A DNA stretch of 64,000 bases from a bacterium (GTDB lineage Bacteria; Verrucomicrobiota; Verrucomicrobiia; Limisphaerales; UBA11358), in the NCBI GenBank assembly GCA_021817945.1, contig JAKAFL010000002.1, positions 84,929 to 148,928 of the forward strand, in the 5' to 3' direction. The notes below the pieces were generated by a model. It ran no database searches. It was not told where the DNA came from and saw only the letters and a program-made list of their open reading frames with translations. The position numbers and the translations under genes are program-made. Below, piece after piece: positions 20,869 to 30,952 of this stretch (positions are counted from its first letter, which is position 1; every line of letters begins with the position of its first letter).

Positions 20869-21265
20869 TTCTCCCCTCTCCTTAATCCTCTCCCCACACT
20901 CCGTTCGCGGGGCGAGGAGACCGGAGGCGCTGAGCTTTCAAAAAGTGAGATTATTTATTTGTCGCACTGAATGTTTGCGAGTGCCCCCCTCCCTGGCCCT
21001 CCCCCCGCGCTTCGCTGGCAGGGAGAGGGAATAAGAGGCACTGGGTTATTTAGCGGTTTTGAAAGGGTGGAGCGTCTTTGGCCATCGAAACGTTCAGAGA
21101 CATTATTAGATCCAACGTCTTTTGATCCCTCTTCGCCAATTTTATTGGGGGAGAGGTGGTGTTGAAAGAACGCCGGGTGAGGGCACCCGGCCTACAAGGC
21201 GGCAGGTTTCGGTTTCTGTCGGCGCTCCGAGTTTGTGCCTGCGATGCGTTTGATAACAGACTTGG

Positions 21266-24200
21266 TTATTGGCCGGCAACAGAGAATGAAAAATGCATGC
21301 CTTGCGGAGAGGGCAGCATGACAAACAAATTGAGATTGGTTTGGGCTGACACACCGCTTTTGGTGTCTGTCACTTGTAAAACCCAGAGATTGGTGTTTCC
21401 TTCCTGGGCAGTCGAATAGGTCAAGCCCAAGGCAGGATTGGATCCGCTGCCGGAGGAATAGGAGGCCAAAGGTCCGCCGTTTACCCCCACCAGCCATTGC
21501 CAGGCAATGGGATCGCCCGCCGGACCTGCGGCGCTTGCGGACAATTGAAGGGAGCCTGGTTGGACGGCGTACACCGTGGAATTGGTTTCCGCGTTGGGAA
21601 CACTGACCGATATTGCAGAAACGGCCAACGTCGTATTTCCCGAACTGTTTGTCCCCTGTAAAACCCATTGGTTGTTCTGCCATGCCGCCGTCACCGATCC
21701 TCCGTTGGCAATCATAGTCTGACCGCCATTCACAGAATTCAGGTAAAAAGGAATGCTGAATGAGTTGAGATTGACGAAATAAACCTGTGCGCCGGATGGA
21801 ATTTCACCCGAATCCGAGTTTTGGATCACCCAGGCCGAGCCAGGGGCCGAATTATTGGCATAATACCGGGATCCATTGCCGTAGCTGAGAATGTTGGTGG
21901 CAGCAACCGGGCTTTGCACCTGGGTAAAATACTGGTTATCCAGCCCGATTTCGGCATAAGGCACCCCGCCCGCAGCGGACTGGACCAAGACTGAATTTTG
22001 CAAATTGTTGAATTGGGAACAATTGTTGCCGGAAAGCACAACGTTGGTGGACCATCCACCATCCAGAAACAGGGTGACGCCAAAATCCGGGTTTTCCAGT
22101 ACGTTTCCCGAGGCGATGACCGATTCTGAACGCCGAGGATCCGTTGCGGAGGATCCGCCGGAAATTTCCAAAAAAGTGGCGGGATTGATCACCGTGTTTG
22201 CGGTGATGAGGATATTGCTGTTGTCAAAGGTTCCCTGATACCCCGCCACGCCCAGGTTCACCACGTTGGCGTAATCCTGGCAAACGAACGTGTTGTTGGA
22301 GACCGTTAGATTGTCCGCAGGCCCGGTCTCGATGCCGTTCAAGCCATTGCCCGCCAGGTAAAACGAATTGTTGCAAACCACAAAACCGGGGTTTCCACCC
22401 GTTCCGCCCACAATCTCAAGGGTGTTTCCGGTGATGTTGGTACACAGGTTGTTTTCAAAATAACAGGTGTTGGTGGTGTAGGCCAGGGAATATTCAGCCA
22501 CCTGAAAAAGATTGTCAAACAGGCAGTTGCTGAAACAAATGGAAGAATCCAGGTTGAAAGCGGTCGCGTTGCCATCCAGGAAGGAACAATTTTGAACCAG
22601 AAGATTGGCGTTGACGCCCTGGTCCAGGGTTCTTGCCATGTCACCGCGCCAATGCTGAAACACCACATTAGTCCAAATCATCTGGTTGAACGCCACATCA
22701 GGGGCTGAATTTGCCACAAGAAATGCGTCGTGGGTCAAGTCCCAGCCCTGGCCATCCACCGGGTTGGCCGGGTAGCCATGCAATGAAGTATTGCCCTGCT
22801 GGACCCCGCCATCCACAGTCATGTTCTCGATGATAAAAGGCAGGTTGTTGGTGACCGGCGGATTTTCCTCAAACAGGAACCCGCGCCACGCGCTGCCGCC
22901 CTGCAAAGTCCAAGCCCCCTGGCTGATCAACCGGGTATTGCCAGGACCATCTCCCGTGAAGGCCAGGCCGCCCCGATTCAATCCAATGCCGAAATTTCCG
23001 TACCCCGGTGAAGTTGAGCGGGCCAAGACCAGATAGTTGCCTGAGGGAAAGTAAATCGCGGCATTGGCATTGGTCACGGCAGCCATGGCGCTTTGGATAT
23101 TGGCGCTGTTCTCGTGGCCGAAGGTGGCAAAGGCTCCGGCAGTGCTCTTTTGCGATGGAATCGAAATATAGACATTTGTCCCGCGAATCACCCTGGTGAT
23201 ATTGGCAATAAGATCCTGGTTTCCATAGCCGACGGTTCCATAGGAGTTGGTTCCATAGGTGCTTTGGCCCTGACCAAAAATCTCGATGGCATCCCCGACA
23301 CAAGACGTTGGAAGGACATTGGTGGTGGTCACCAAAACCGAATTGGAGCTGGTGTTGACATACAACTGTACTGCATCGCCAATCGCGCCATAATTGGTGA
23401 CATTCAGAGTCTGGCCAGGAATTGGAATCTCATTGATGGGACTGGAAACCGGGGCCACGACCTCAACAACCACTTGCATCTGCACGGACAACCCGTTGTT
23501 AGGATCTTTAACGGTCAATGTCCACACATTGGTGGTTCCGATCATCGCGGGTGTGTTTGTAAAACTCATGCTCGGATTCAAACCTGAACCCTGGGAATAA
23601 ACCGATGCCGCCCCCCCGTTTACAACCTCTGTCCATTGCCAGGTTAAAGAATCATTCGCCCCTGAAAAAGCTTGGGCCGAAAGCTGAAGAGGCCCAGGAT
23701 TGAACATCAGAACACCGCCATTTGTACTAACACCCGCCGGATTTGCAGTGATGGCGGACACCGAAGGCGCCGGATTACCGACATTAATCTCTGGCACCCA
23801 CCGACCGTTGGTCCAGTCAAACACCATCACTTTGCCCCACGGAATAATGATCGGACCCAAGGTCCGGGCGCTATTCAACCATATTGGAATGTTGGCATTG
23901 CTCCAATTTCCATTTGTCACAACAAGTTGAGCGCCCGCCGGAATGCTGTTGGAGTCGGCATCCGAAAGTTCGAATGTGACATTTGTGCTGTAATGATAGG
24001 TCAACAATTCCATTGGTCCACCACCATAACTAATGTTGACATTAGTTCCAGCACCCCCATCACACAATTGGTATGCCCAGTAATTATTATTTGTGGCAAT
24101 AAATGCGTAAGGCCCGGTATCTGACTGTTGGGCGTGCAATTGGTTTCCGTTAAAATTGTTTGATGCGATTTGGATGCCGGATGCCCAACCGTAATTAACG

Positions 24201-25717
24201 TAGAATGGACGAGGGCCATTTGCATTTATTATATTGTTTCCAGTGATTATTATATTTTGCGCACTGTTTGGATCGGTTGGCCCAGTTCCTCCTGCCATAA
24301 AATAGGTATAGAATCCATTTATAAAAGTGTTACCACTTATCAGGATATTGGTGTTACAAGCGTCCGGAGATCCCGGTTGCGCCCCAGCCTCCCCAATGTC
24401 TATAGCAATCGTAGAAGCTCCCGGCTCTTCGATAAATTGGTTGCTGACAATCAACACCGAGCTTGCCGGGCAGGTGGCAATGGCATTTCCACTGTTTTCA
24501 CAGGAAAAAACGTTATTTGAAATAATATACGGCTCATTGGTAAGCGTCCCGCCGTTTAAAGAAATCACATTGTGCCACACATTTGTGGTAACATTATTAA
24601 CGAAATAAGACGGGTAATTAGTGGGGTACTTCAAATAAAACTCCTCAACCTGATACATGTTTGAAAAAGTGCAGCCTGTGATCGTGTGCGCAAAATTATA
24701 GTTAAACACAGTCGCATTACCATCCCAGGCAAAACAATTGGTCACAAGAATTGTCTGATTTTCCGCCGAGCCGGTGATTCCTTTGATCATCTCACCGCGA
24801 AAATGGCGGAATTCGCAATTGTTGAATTCTTTGAAAAGATGAAGGGGCTGAATGCCAGAATCCAAACCGGCATATGAGGAGCCATCCCAGCCCTGACCAT
24901 CAATGGGATTCGCCGGTTGGGTTCCCTCATTCCCTGTGTCGGCAATTGGCATACCCCCATCAAAAGTCACCCCCTCCCAAATTAGCGGATAGTTGTTAGT
25001 CACCGGCCCAATGCAATTAAAAATGCCGCCACGGAGGCAGAACCCTCCCTGGTTCTTAAACGCTCCATCAGCCACAAGGATGGTCTTTCCAGGCCCGGCC
25101 CCTTCAAAATGAAGCCCACCTTTATTCAATATGATTCCTTGGCATAAAAAAACTGCAAAGTAGATTGGATTATTAAAGTTAGTGTATTGGCAATCTGGTA
25201 TCATCAAGAAATTACCAGCAGGAATATTGATGATTGTGTTCGTCCCTTGGGCTGCGTTGACTGCGGCTTGAAATGAATCCGAATTATTCTTCCCATAAAT
25301 GCAATAGACGCCATTTGACGTCACCTGTGGAATATCCCCTGAAATCACCGCGTTTGTTTCATTGACAACATTTCCAATGACCGCAATCAAATCCTGGGCA
25401 TTCGTTACGTAAAGGCCTTTAACATTATTCCCCACATTCAGGTCGCCCACACCAAACAGCATCACCGTTTTTCCGATATCCGCGCTGCTCAAACTATTGG
25501 TGAATGAAACGATGGTGGATTTGGCCACTGTCCTGACCCAGACCTGCCGTTCATCCCCCACCGCACCAAAATTGGCGACATTTAACGAAGTTTGGGCGTG
25601 TCCACACCTCGCGCCAAATTGGACCCATGCCCATAAAAGGCTAAGGCCCACCGAAATTCGGAACAATTGCCTGAAATTCAAAGGAATCTCTGTACACATT
25701 TTAAACAGGTGCCGCAA
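21266..25717 (-). CDS. Secreted 1483-aa protein with two tandem right-handed beta-helix (pectate-lyase-3 / tailspike-like) modules, each followed by beta-sandwich/Ig-like domains
   Basis: Signal-like N-terminus. LNVANFGAVGD and LNVTNYGAIGD module starts. Asn/Gly-rich beta-helix repeats. Paired segments LQLSAQAF...TWQW and LQLSASAA...AWQW. Confidence 0.65.
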   Translation of the reverse strand: MRHLFKMCTEIPLNFRQLFRISVGLSLLWAWVQFGARCGHAQTSLNVANFGAVGDERQVWVRTVAKSTIVSFTNSLSSADIGKTVMLFGVGDLNVGNNVKGLYVTNAQDLIAVIGNVVNETNAVISGDIPQVTSNGVYCIYGKNNSDSFQAAVNAAQGTNTIINIPAGNFLMIPDCQYTNFNNPIYFAVFLCQGIILNKGGLHFEGAGPGKTILVADGAFKNQGGFCLRGGIFNCIGPVTNNYPLIWEGVTFDGGMPIADTGNEGTQPANPIDGQGWDGSSYAGLDSGIQPLHLFKEFNNCEFRHFRGEMIKGITGSAENQTILVTNCFAWDGNATVFNYNFAHTITGCTFSNMYQVEEFYLKYPTNYPSYFVNNVTTNVWHNVISLNGGTLTNEPYIISNNVFSCENSGNAIATCPASSVLIVSNQFIEEPGASTIAIDIGEAGAQPGSPDACNTNILISGNTFINGFYTYFMAGGTGPTDPNSAQNIIITGNNIINANGPRPFYVNYGWASGIQIASNNFNGNQLHAQQSDTGPYAFIATNNNYWAYQLCDGGAGTNVNISYGGGPMELLTYHYSTNVTFELSDADSNSIPAGAQLVVTNGNWSNANIPIWLNSARTLGPIIIPWGKVMVFDWTNGRWVPEINVGNPAPSVSAITANPAGVSTNGGVLMFNPGPLQLSAQAFSGANDSLTWQWTEVVNGGAASVYSQGSGLNPSMSFTNTPAMIGTTNVWTLTVKDPNNGLSVQMQVVVEVVAPVSSPINEIPIPGQTLNVTNYGAIGDAVQLYVNTSSNSVLVTTTNVLPTSCVGDAIEIFGQGQSTYGTNSYGTVGYGNQDLIANITRVIRGTNVYISIPSQKSTAGAFATFGHENSANIQSAMAAVTNANAAIYFPSGNYLVLARSTSPGYGNFGIGLNRGGLAFTGDGPGNTRLISQGAWTLQGGSAWRGFLFEENPPVTNNLPFIIENMTVDGGVQQGNTSLHGYPANPVDGQGWDLTHDAFLVANSAPDVAFNQMIWTNVVFQHWRGDMARTLDQGVNANLLVQNCSFLDGNATAFNLDSSICFSNCLFDNLFQVAEYSLAYTTNTCYFENNLCTNITGNTLEIVGGTGGNPGFVVCNNSFYLAGNGLNGIETGPADNLTVSNNTFVCQDYANVVNLGVAGYQGTFDNSNILITANTVINPATFLEISGGSSATDPRRSESVIASGNVLENPDFGVTLFLDGGWSTNVVLSGNNCSQFNNLQNSVLVQSAAGGVPYAEIGLDNQYFTQVQSPVAATNILSYGNGSRYYANNSAPGSAWVIQNSDSGEIPSGAQVYFVNLNSFSIPFYLNSVNGGQTMIANGGSVTAAWQNNQWVLQGTNSSGNTTLAVSAISVSVPNAETNSTVYAVQPGSLQLSASAAGPAGDPIAWQWLVGVNGGPLASYSSGSGSNPALGLTYSTAQEGNTNLWVLQVTDTKSGVSAQTNLNLFVMLPSPQGMHFSFSVAGQ

Positions 25718-25762
25718 TGGCCGACACCCTGCCGGGAAACAGCATTCTTCATACCAGAGGAA

Positions 25763-26617
25763 TCAACCATGGCTGAGCCACTTCCTGTACATTTTCCATG
25801 CAACGGGCCTTCGCTTTTTTAAGCAGAATCCCACACCCTGCAAAGCCTGCCACCACCAAACAGGCTCTCGCAACACCCAATCCAAACCGCGTTTACGGGC
25901 ATATCCCAACTGGGAAAGCAGCCGATACGCTCCAACCGCCAAAAATTGCGGAAAGGGACATCGCAACCACACGCTCCATAGTTCATTCCGCGAATGGCGG
26001 TGGTGATTTCGGATTTCATTGCGTGTGGCCCCGCTGAAATGATGACGAATGGTGATCCCGGGATGATATAGAATTTCATACCCCGCAGCCACGCATTGAA
26101 GTGCATAATCCGGCTCTTCGTACATGTGAAAAAAGCGCGATTCGAAACCTGGAAGCGAAAGATAAACATCCCGTCGGAGAACCGCCCCCGAATTGGCAAA
26201 GGTGCGCGTCAATCGAGACTGCCCGAAGTCGGTCTGTGTCAGGGTATCCGGATATTCATCAGTTCTTTGGGGAAAATGCAAAACCGCCAGCTTGGGATTT
26301 TCCGCGAAACATTTCCCAATCAATTCCAAGGCGTTGGCCTGTTCCGGGTAACTGTCATCATCCAAAGCGAATACCAGTTCACCTTTGGCTTCTCGCATCA
26401 TGTGGTCCCGGGAAGCCACTGAACCTCTCCCTGTTTGATTCACGATCAATCTGGCATGGGGAAAGACCTCTTTCACAACCTCAACAGTATCGTCTGTACA
26501 ACCGTCTGCCGTAATCAAAACCTCATAGGGTTCTGGATTCAAAAGTTCAACCCGTGCACAAGTCCGCACCAAATCCGCAGATCGGTTGCGCGAGGTTATC
26601 ATTACGCTAACCCTCAT
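25763..26617 (-). CDS. GT2 family glycosyltransferase
   Basis: VSVMITSRNRSADLVRT...ITADGCTDDT...FALDDDSYP, GT-A fold with DxD. Confidence 0.85.
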   Translation of the reverse strand: MRVSVMITSRNRSADLVRTCARVELLNPEPYEVLITADGCTDDTVEVVKEVFPHARLIVNQTGRGSVASRDHMMREAKGELVFALDDDSYPEQANALELIGKCFAENPKLAVLHFPQRTDEYPDTLTQTDFGQSRLTRTFANSGAVLRRDVYLSLPGFESRFFHMYEEPDYALQCVAAGYEILYHPGITIRHHFSGATRNEIRNHHRHSRNELWSVWLRCPFPQFLAVGAYRLLSQLGYARKRGLDWVLREPVWWWQALQGVGFCLKKRRPVAWKMYRKWLSHG

Positions 26618-26672
26618 TACGGCTCAAATTTAAATTTTGCCCTGGCTTTCTGCATCATATGACATTGTTTTT

Positions 26673-27605
26673 TTATTTCCCGGCTTTCGCAATTAATTTG
26701 CGTCGAAGTATCTGGTGAATTTTTTTAATACAATCGCGATCATCTGTGTCAGCCACCGCGCCTGACAGGAGCCATGCGTCATTGATTCTACGAAACTCGG
26801 CCTGGTCCTGTTCCAGCGCATATCGAATCGTTTTCGATGGCGAAAAGCCAAAATCCGCCGGGTCAACCCACTTTGCACCTTTCAAGAACATTTCCCGCAC
26901 ACTGGGATGCGCGTGGTAAACTGGAATACAGCCCGCACGGGCCGCATTCACATACTTTTCAGTAAAATACCGCTCCTCCAAACAATTTTCCAGACAAACG
27001 GCCACCTTAAATTCTGAAAGAAAAAGAAGATATTCATCACTATAGTAGCCATTCCCCGGGGAACTTCTACCTTGGTGATTTAAAGGAAGACCTCGCCTCC
27101 ACACTCTGGGGAAATCCCTGAAACGCTTCCACGAGTCCAGATTGCCATAAAGCTCTACCAAAGGGTCTAAAATCATGCGGTTTCTTGACCAAATATGCTT
27201 TTTCAGAAACCATAATCTGCCTCCATAATTACTCACGCATGCAACTGCCGCTTCCCTCACCACAGGCTGCCGTGGAAATGTCATCGGACCCCGAAACGTT
27301 GGATGCGGAACGCGGTAGGCCGGATTTGGATTGCCGTAAAATACATGTTCGGATTCATCCAATTTCCTCATCAACTTCTTGCCAATGGGATGACTATGAA
27401 AATGATGATGCCATTTTGGTTCAATGGTAAACCAAACCTTGGGTCCGGAAAATTCAAGCAATTCTTCAGTGGGATCATAAAGGGCTACAAGACCATCTGC
27501 TTCCTTAAGATTAACCCGAGGAGAATAGAGCACGTCATCAATCTGAAAGTCGTTCCATTCCGACGTTCTGTATTGCTGCGATACAATCCTGAACTTATTT
27601 TTCAA
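26673..27605 (-). CDS. GT10-like (alpha-1,3-fucosyltransferase-type) glycosyltransferase
   Basis: FKVAVCLENCLEERYFTEKYVNAARAGCIPVYHAHPSV parallels the FucT motif FxLxFENSxxxxYVTEK...PVYWG. TTG start overlaps the upstream stop (TTGA). Confidence 0.55.
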   Translation of the reverse strand: MKNKFRIVSQQYRTSEWNDFQIDDVLYSPRVNLKEADGLVALYDPTEELLEFSGPKVWFTIEPKWHHHFHSHPIGKKLMRKLDESEHVFYGNPNPAYRVPHPTFRGPMTFPRQPVVREAAVACVSNYGGRLWFLKKHIWSRNRMILDPLVELYGNLDSWKRFRDFPRVWRRGLPLNHQGRSSPGNGYYSDEYLLFLSEFKVAVCLENCLEERYFTEKYVNAARAGCIPVYHAHPSVREMFLKGAKWVDPADFGFSPSKTIRYALEQDQAEFRRINDAWLLSGAVADTDDRDCIKKIHQILRRKLIAKAGK

Positions 27606-28585
27606 AATACTTCAAAGGTTGCAGGTGTTTTGCGGAAAATTCTCGACGATTTATATTTAGTTATTTTTTTAAATACTTTATTCCTTAGTGTTTTTGCATC
27701 TTCAATTATTATAATTAGCCAAGCCACTAATATATTATGAGAAAGCCTGTGGTGTTGCAGGCGAGCAATAGTGTAAGGTTTTGAATACGATCTAAAATCA
27801 TATAAAAACGGCTTTTTTCCGCAAAAATGGGCGACCCTCGGGCGTTTGATTTTTTCAGGAAAACGCCATCCGTGACCCAAACAATCAGTTTCAAATTCTT
27901 TTCTACCATGATGTTCTGGAATATGCTGAAGATCTGAATAGCCTGATTTAATTTTGCCATTTTGAGTATAGGAATGGACCAGATAATTGAGTATTCCCAT
28001 ATCATCAAAAGCAAACATTTTGGGTTGCTTTTCCGACTCTGATTTAAGTTTTAAATACTTTTCAATTTCAAATACTCCTCTTCGAGCCGCATAAACCCCA
28101 GCTGAGAAATAAACATTTCCACGCCATTCAAATGTAGGATCATATTTTACCAACAATGCAGGATCAAAATAATAATGTAGAAGCCATTGAGGAACCTCTT
28201 TTGCATCTTTTGGAATAGATATTCCCTCCCAGAATATTTGAAAATCTAATTCACTATTAATTTGAGGCGTGATATCCCCCCATAGAATTGCATCCGAATC
28301 TAACCAAACGTAGAATTCGAAAGGCCCCTCCCACATTGCCGCCTGTTTCGCATGAAAGCTTTTTTCAATTTGTTTTGATAATTTTTTATTTGAAAGCTCT
28401 GAAATTCGCAAAACAATAACTCCGTAATCACGAACCAGATCGGATACATCACAATCACCATCCACTGTGAGGCATATAGGTACTTTTGGACAATACTGTC
28501 GAATACTAGCCAATGTTGCTACTACTAAATGGCGGTCCCCAGCATGGCAGCCAGTAACAAAACCAAAAGGTGCTTCGATATTCAT
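27602..28585 (-). CDS. GT-A fold glycosyltransferase, GT8-like
   Basis: WLDSDAI (DxD), FSAGVY, DDMGILNYL and AHFCGKKP occur in the order typical of GT8. Very AT-rich. Confidence 0.45.
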   Translation of the reverse strand: MNIEAPFGFVTGCHAGDRHLVVATLASIRQYCPKVPICLTVDGDCDVSDLVRDYGVIVLRISELSNKKLSKQIEKSFHAKQAAMWEGPFEFYVWLDSDAILWGDITPQINSELDFQIFWEGISIPKDAKEVPQWLLHYYFDPALLVKYDPTFEWRGNVYFSAGVYAARRGVFEIEKYLKLKSESEKQPKMFAFDDMGILNYLVHSYTQNGKIKSGYSDLQHIPEHHGRKEFETDCLGHGWRFPEKIKRPRVAHFCGKKPFLYDFRSYSKPYTIARLQHHRLSHNILVAWLIIIIEDAKTLRNKVFKKITKYKSSRIFRKTPATFEVF

Positions 28586-28725
28586 TTTAATTTCAATTAA
28601 TTGAAGAACGGTAAACTATTTAGCAACCGCAATATTAATCACAATCCTTTAGATTTCCATTCCATGAATGCTCCGATTCATTCCGTTGCGGCTGCAAATT
28701 TCCTTCAACTGCTTGACGATAAACC

Positions 28726-29622
28726 TCAATTCTTTAGAGGTTCCGCAGGTTCTCCCGTTTGCTTGATTTCCTCAGGAGAAGAACCATTTTTTCCCGACAA
28801 ACAGACATAGCGATGCAGCTTCGAATGGTGGTACAAACGGTTCACTCCCGAGCCGTATAACACTGTGCATGGCTTGCCTAATGCAGCCGCCAGCGTGGCA
28901 GTCCCCGTTGTCAGGCAATACAATTCCTTGCAGGAAACAATCAATGAGCAGAAATCCTCCAGCGTTTCCGTTCGAATTTTTCGGTTTACTCCCCGCAGTT
29001 CCAAGGATTTGTTCCTTGATGCCATCTGTGCATCCACGCACACAGCGTTGTCTCGGAAGTACGTTTCCACGTCTGCCTCGCTTAATACCCCTGCATTGGT
29101 GATGAAATTCGGGTCGTAAACCGTCAAGGATTTGAATTCCTCGCGTTTGGTGATTTTGACGAAGACTTCCGGGTCATGAAATCGGATTCCATCCTCCAAT
29201 CCCATTTTCAACATGATTTGATCCAACAAATTGCAACCTGCATCCAGTTCAAGAATCCTGTTTTCCAGGCCCAACCGGCAAAGCCAGCTTAATTTTTTAC
29301 TCGGTAGCTGGTCATCGGTATGCGGCATTGAGATCGGCCAACCTCCCGCATCCACAAACCCATCCACGTAAGGATTGCTTTCCCAGATCAAGGACCGTTG
29401 CGCTCCATCCCGAAATGGCGATCGTCTTGAAACATAGACCTTTTCCAGATCCCCAGTCGTTTTCGCTATTCGGGGGATGTGGCTCAGAAACAAGTGATCT
29501 CCCAACCCCGCATAGTCTGATTGAATCACCAACGTCTTCCGAATGCGGCGGTTCCACAAAAATGCGGCTTTCCCGAATTCATTCGCCCGCCACCGGCTCA
29601 AATGACCCATGGCCCGCTTCAT
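28726..29622 (-). CDS. GT9-like (heptosyltransferase family) glycosyltransferase
   Basis: LVIQSDYAGLGDHLFLSHIP N-terminal motif and CLTTGTATLAAALGKPCTVLYG C-terminal motif. Confidence 0.5.
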   Translation of the reverse strand: MKRAMGHLSRWRANEFGKAAFLWNRRIRKTLVIQSDYAGLGDHLFLSHIPRIAKTTGDLEKVYVSRRSPFRDGAQRSLIWESNPYVDGFVDAGGWPISMPHTDDQLPSKKLSWLCRLGLENRILELDAGCNLLDQIMLKMGLEDGIRFHDPEVFVKITKREEFKSLTVYDPNFITNAGVLSEADVETYFRDNAVCVDAQMASRNKSLELRGVNRKIRTETLEDFCSLIVSCKELYCLTTGTATLAAALGKPCTVLYGSGVNRLYHHSKLHRYVCLSGKNGSSPEEIKQTGEPAEPLKN

Positions 29623-30851
29623 TTTAAAGCGTCTGCGGTCAGCCTTTGATAAAGCCTTCCATATCGCTCTGCCATCAGCTTGTCACTAAAACATTTGAGA
29701 ACGCGGCTGCGACCCGCCCGCGCCATTTCCATCCGCTCGGCAGGGTGATCCAGTATCCACCGCATCATCTCCACCAACCCCGTCACACTGCCAACATCCT
29801 TGCCCAAAAGCCCTGTTTCCCCGTGACTTACAACATCCCGCAATCCGCTCGTGTCATAGGCCACCACCGGCGTCTCACAGGCCATGGCCTCCATGGCTGT
29901 ATTGCCAAATGTTTCAAGCAAACTCGGGGTCACAAATAAATCGAGCGCCGAATAAAACACACATTGCAACCGCGCCAACCCGATGCCACCCAGGCAAATT
30001 GTCTCCACCCCGCTTTCCGGCCATTTTCCAGCCCCCATCACCAGAAGCCTCACCTTGTTTCGCGGCAACTCTTTCAGCGCCTCCTTCAACAATTCCGCGC
30101 CTTTGCGTCGCTCGCTCAAATCCATGCAACAAAATCCGATAACCAGCTTTCCATCGCTGATCCCCAAGGCGCGCCGCGCCACAGATTTCTCCACTGGCGC
30201 GAATTCATTTGTGTCCAACCCGTACGGAATCGTTTCAATTGATTTTACATGATCTGCCAAGGCCGAAGCTTTTGCCTGGGCCGTTGTCCATTCGCTGTTT
30301 CCAACCCAATGAATGTTGATGCGCCGATACCAGTCTCGCTTGATCCCAAATATACGCCGCGTCAAGTCCCTCTTGCCCGGCTTCCTCAACTGAGGACAAT
30401 TCCCGCATTCATTCTCAAAGCCCGTGCATTCCGCCGGATAATGACAACCGCCGGTGATCGGAATCAGGTCGTGCAGGGTCCAAACCACTGGCAGGCCAGC
30501 AGGAAGCGAATTAAAAAACGAGGGTAAATCGAGCCATCGGCTCACCCAATGCAAGTTGACAACGCTTGGAGTGCAGCCAACAACCGGCGCCGGCGTTTTC
30601 CGAATCCACTTTGGGTGCATCACAAATCCGCCATTCGCTGTTTGCCGATTACGCCAACTAACTTCAATCGCTGCCAGATTTCGCCATAAAAACGAACGGT
30701 TTTGAAATAGAGCAAAATGGCTTTCATCGGGCGGATCACCCGCCCCATAATAAAAGCGGCTATTATGACCCATTCTGCGCAACGCACTGTGAAGCCTCAT
30801 CCCGGCTATATTTGCACCGCCTGAAAGTTGTGAACCAAAATGTGCAATCAT
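29619..30851 (-). CDS. GT4 family glycosyltransferase
   Basis: LFVTPSLLETFGNTAMEAMACETPVVAYDTSGLRDVV. ATGA overlap with the downstream gene. Confidence 0.85.
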   Translation of the reverse strand: MIAHFGSQLSGGANIAGMRLHSALRRMGHNSRFYYGAGDPPDESHFALFQNRSFLWRNLAAIEVSWRNRQTANGGFVMHPKWIRKTPAPVVGCTPSVVNLHWVSRWLDLPSFFNSLPAGLPVVWTLHDLIPITGGCHYPAECTGFENECGNCPQLRKPGKRDLTRRIFGIKRDWYRRINIHWVGNSEWTTAQAKASALADHVKSIETIPYGLDTNEFAPVEKSVARRALGISDGKLVIGFCCMDLSERRKGAELLKEALKELPRNKVRLLVMGAGKWPESGVETICLGGIGLARLQCVFYSALDLFVTPSLLETFGNTAMEAMACETPVVAYDTSGLRDVVSHGETGLLGKDVGSVTGLVEMMRWILDHPAERMEMARAGRSRVLKCFSDKLMAERYGRLYQRLTADALK

Positions 30852-30952
30852 TCGACTAGAATTGATTTTTGGATTTTTCCGCTTAACACATTTAATTCTT
30901 TTTTTGACTTATCGCTTATCATCTAATGACTAGGACGCTGCTTTGCAGCGTT

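Larger units (their letters stand above)
19698..21210 (+). repeat. Mosaic hairpin-repeat array 2 (H1 copies at 20182, 20424, 20668, 21129)
   Basis: Periods of 242, 244 and 461 bp. It begins with the edge motif CAACCGCGAATGGACGCC (19736-19753) and ends with the P module hairpin (21173-21190). Confidence 0.9.

Noticed and set aside
21266-25717. The beta-helix protein could be a prophage tailspike marking a prophage.
   Set aside because: There are no capsid, terminase, integrase or other phage genes on either side. The gene is embedded in the GT array in the same orientation.
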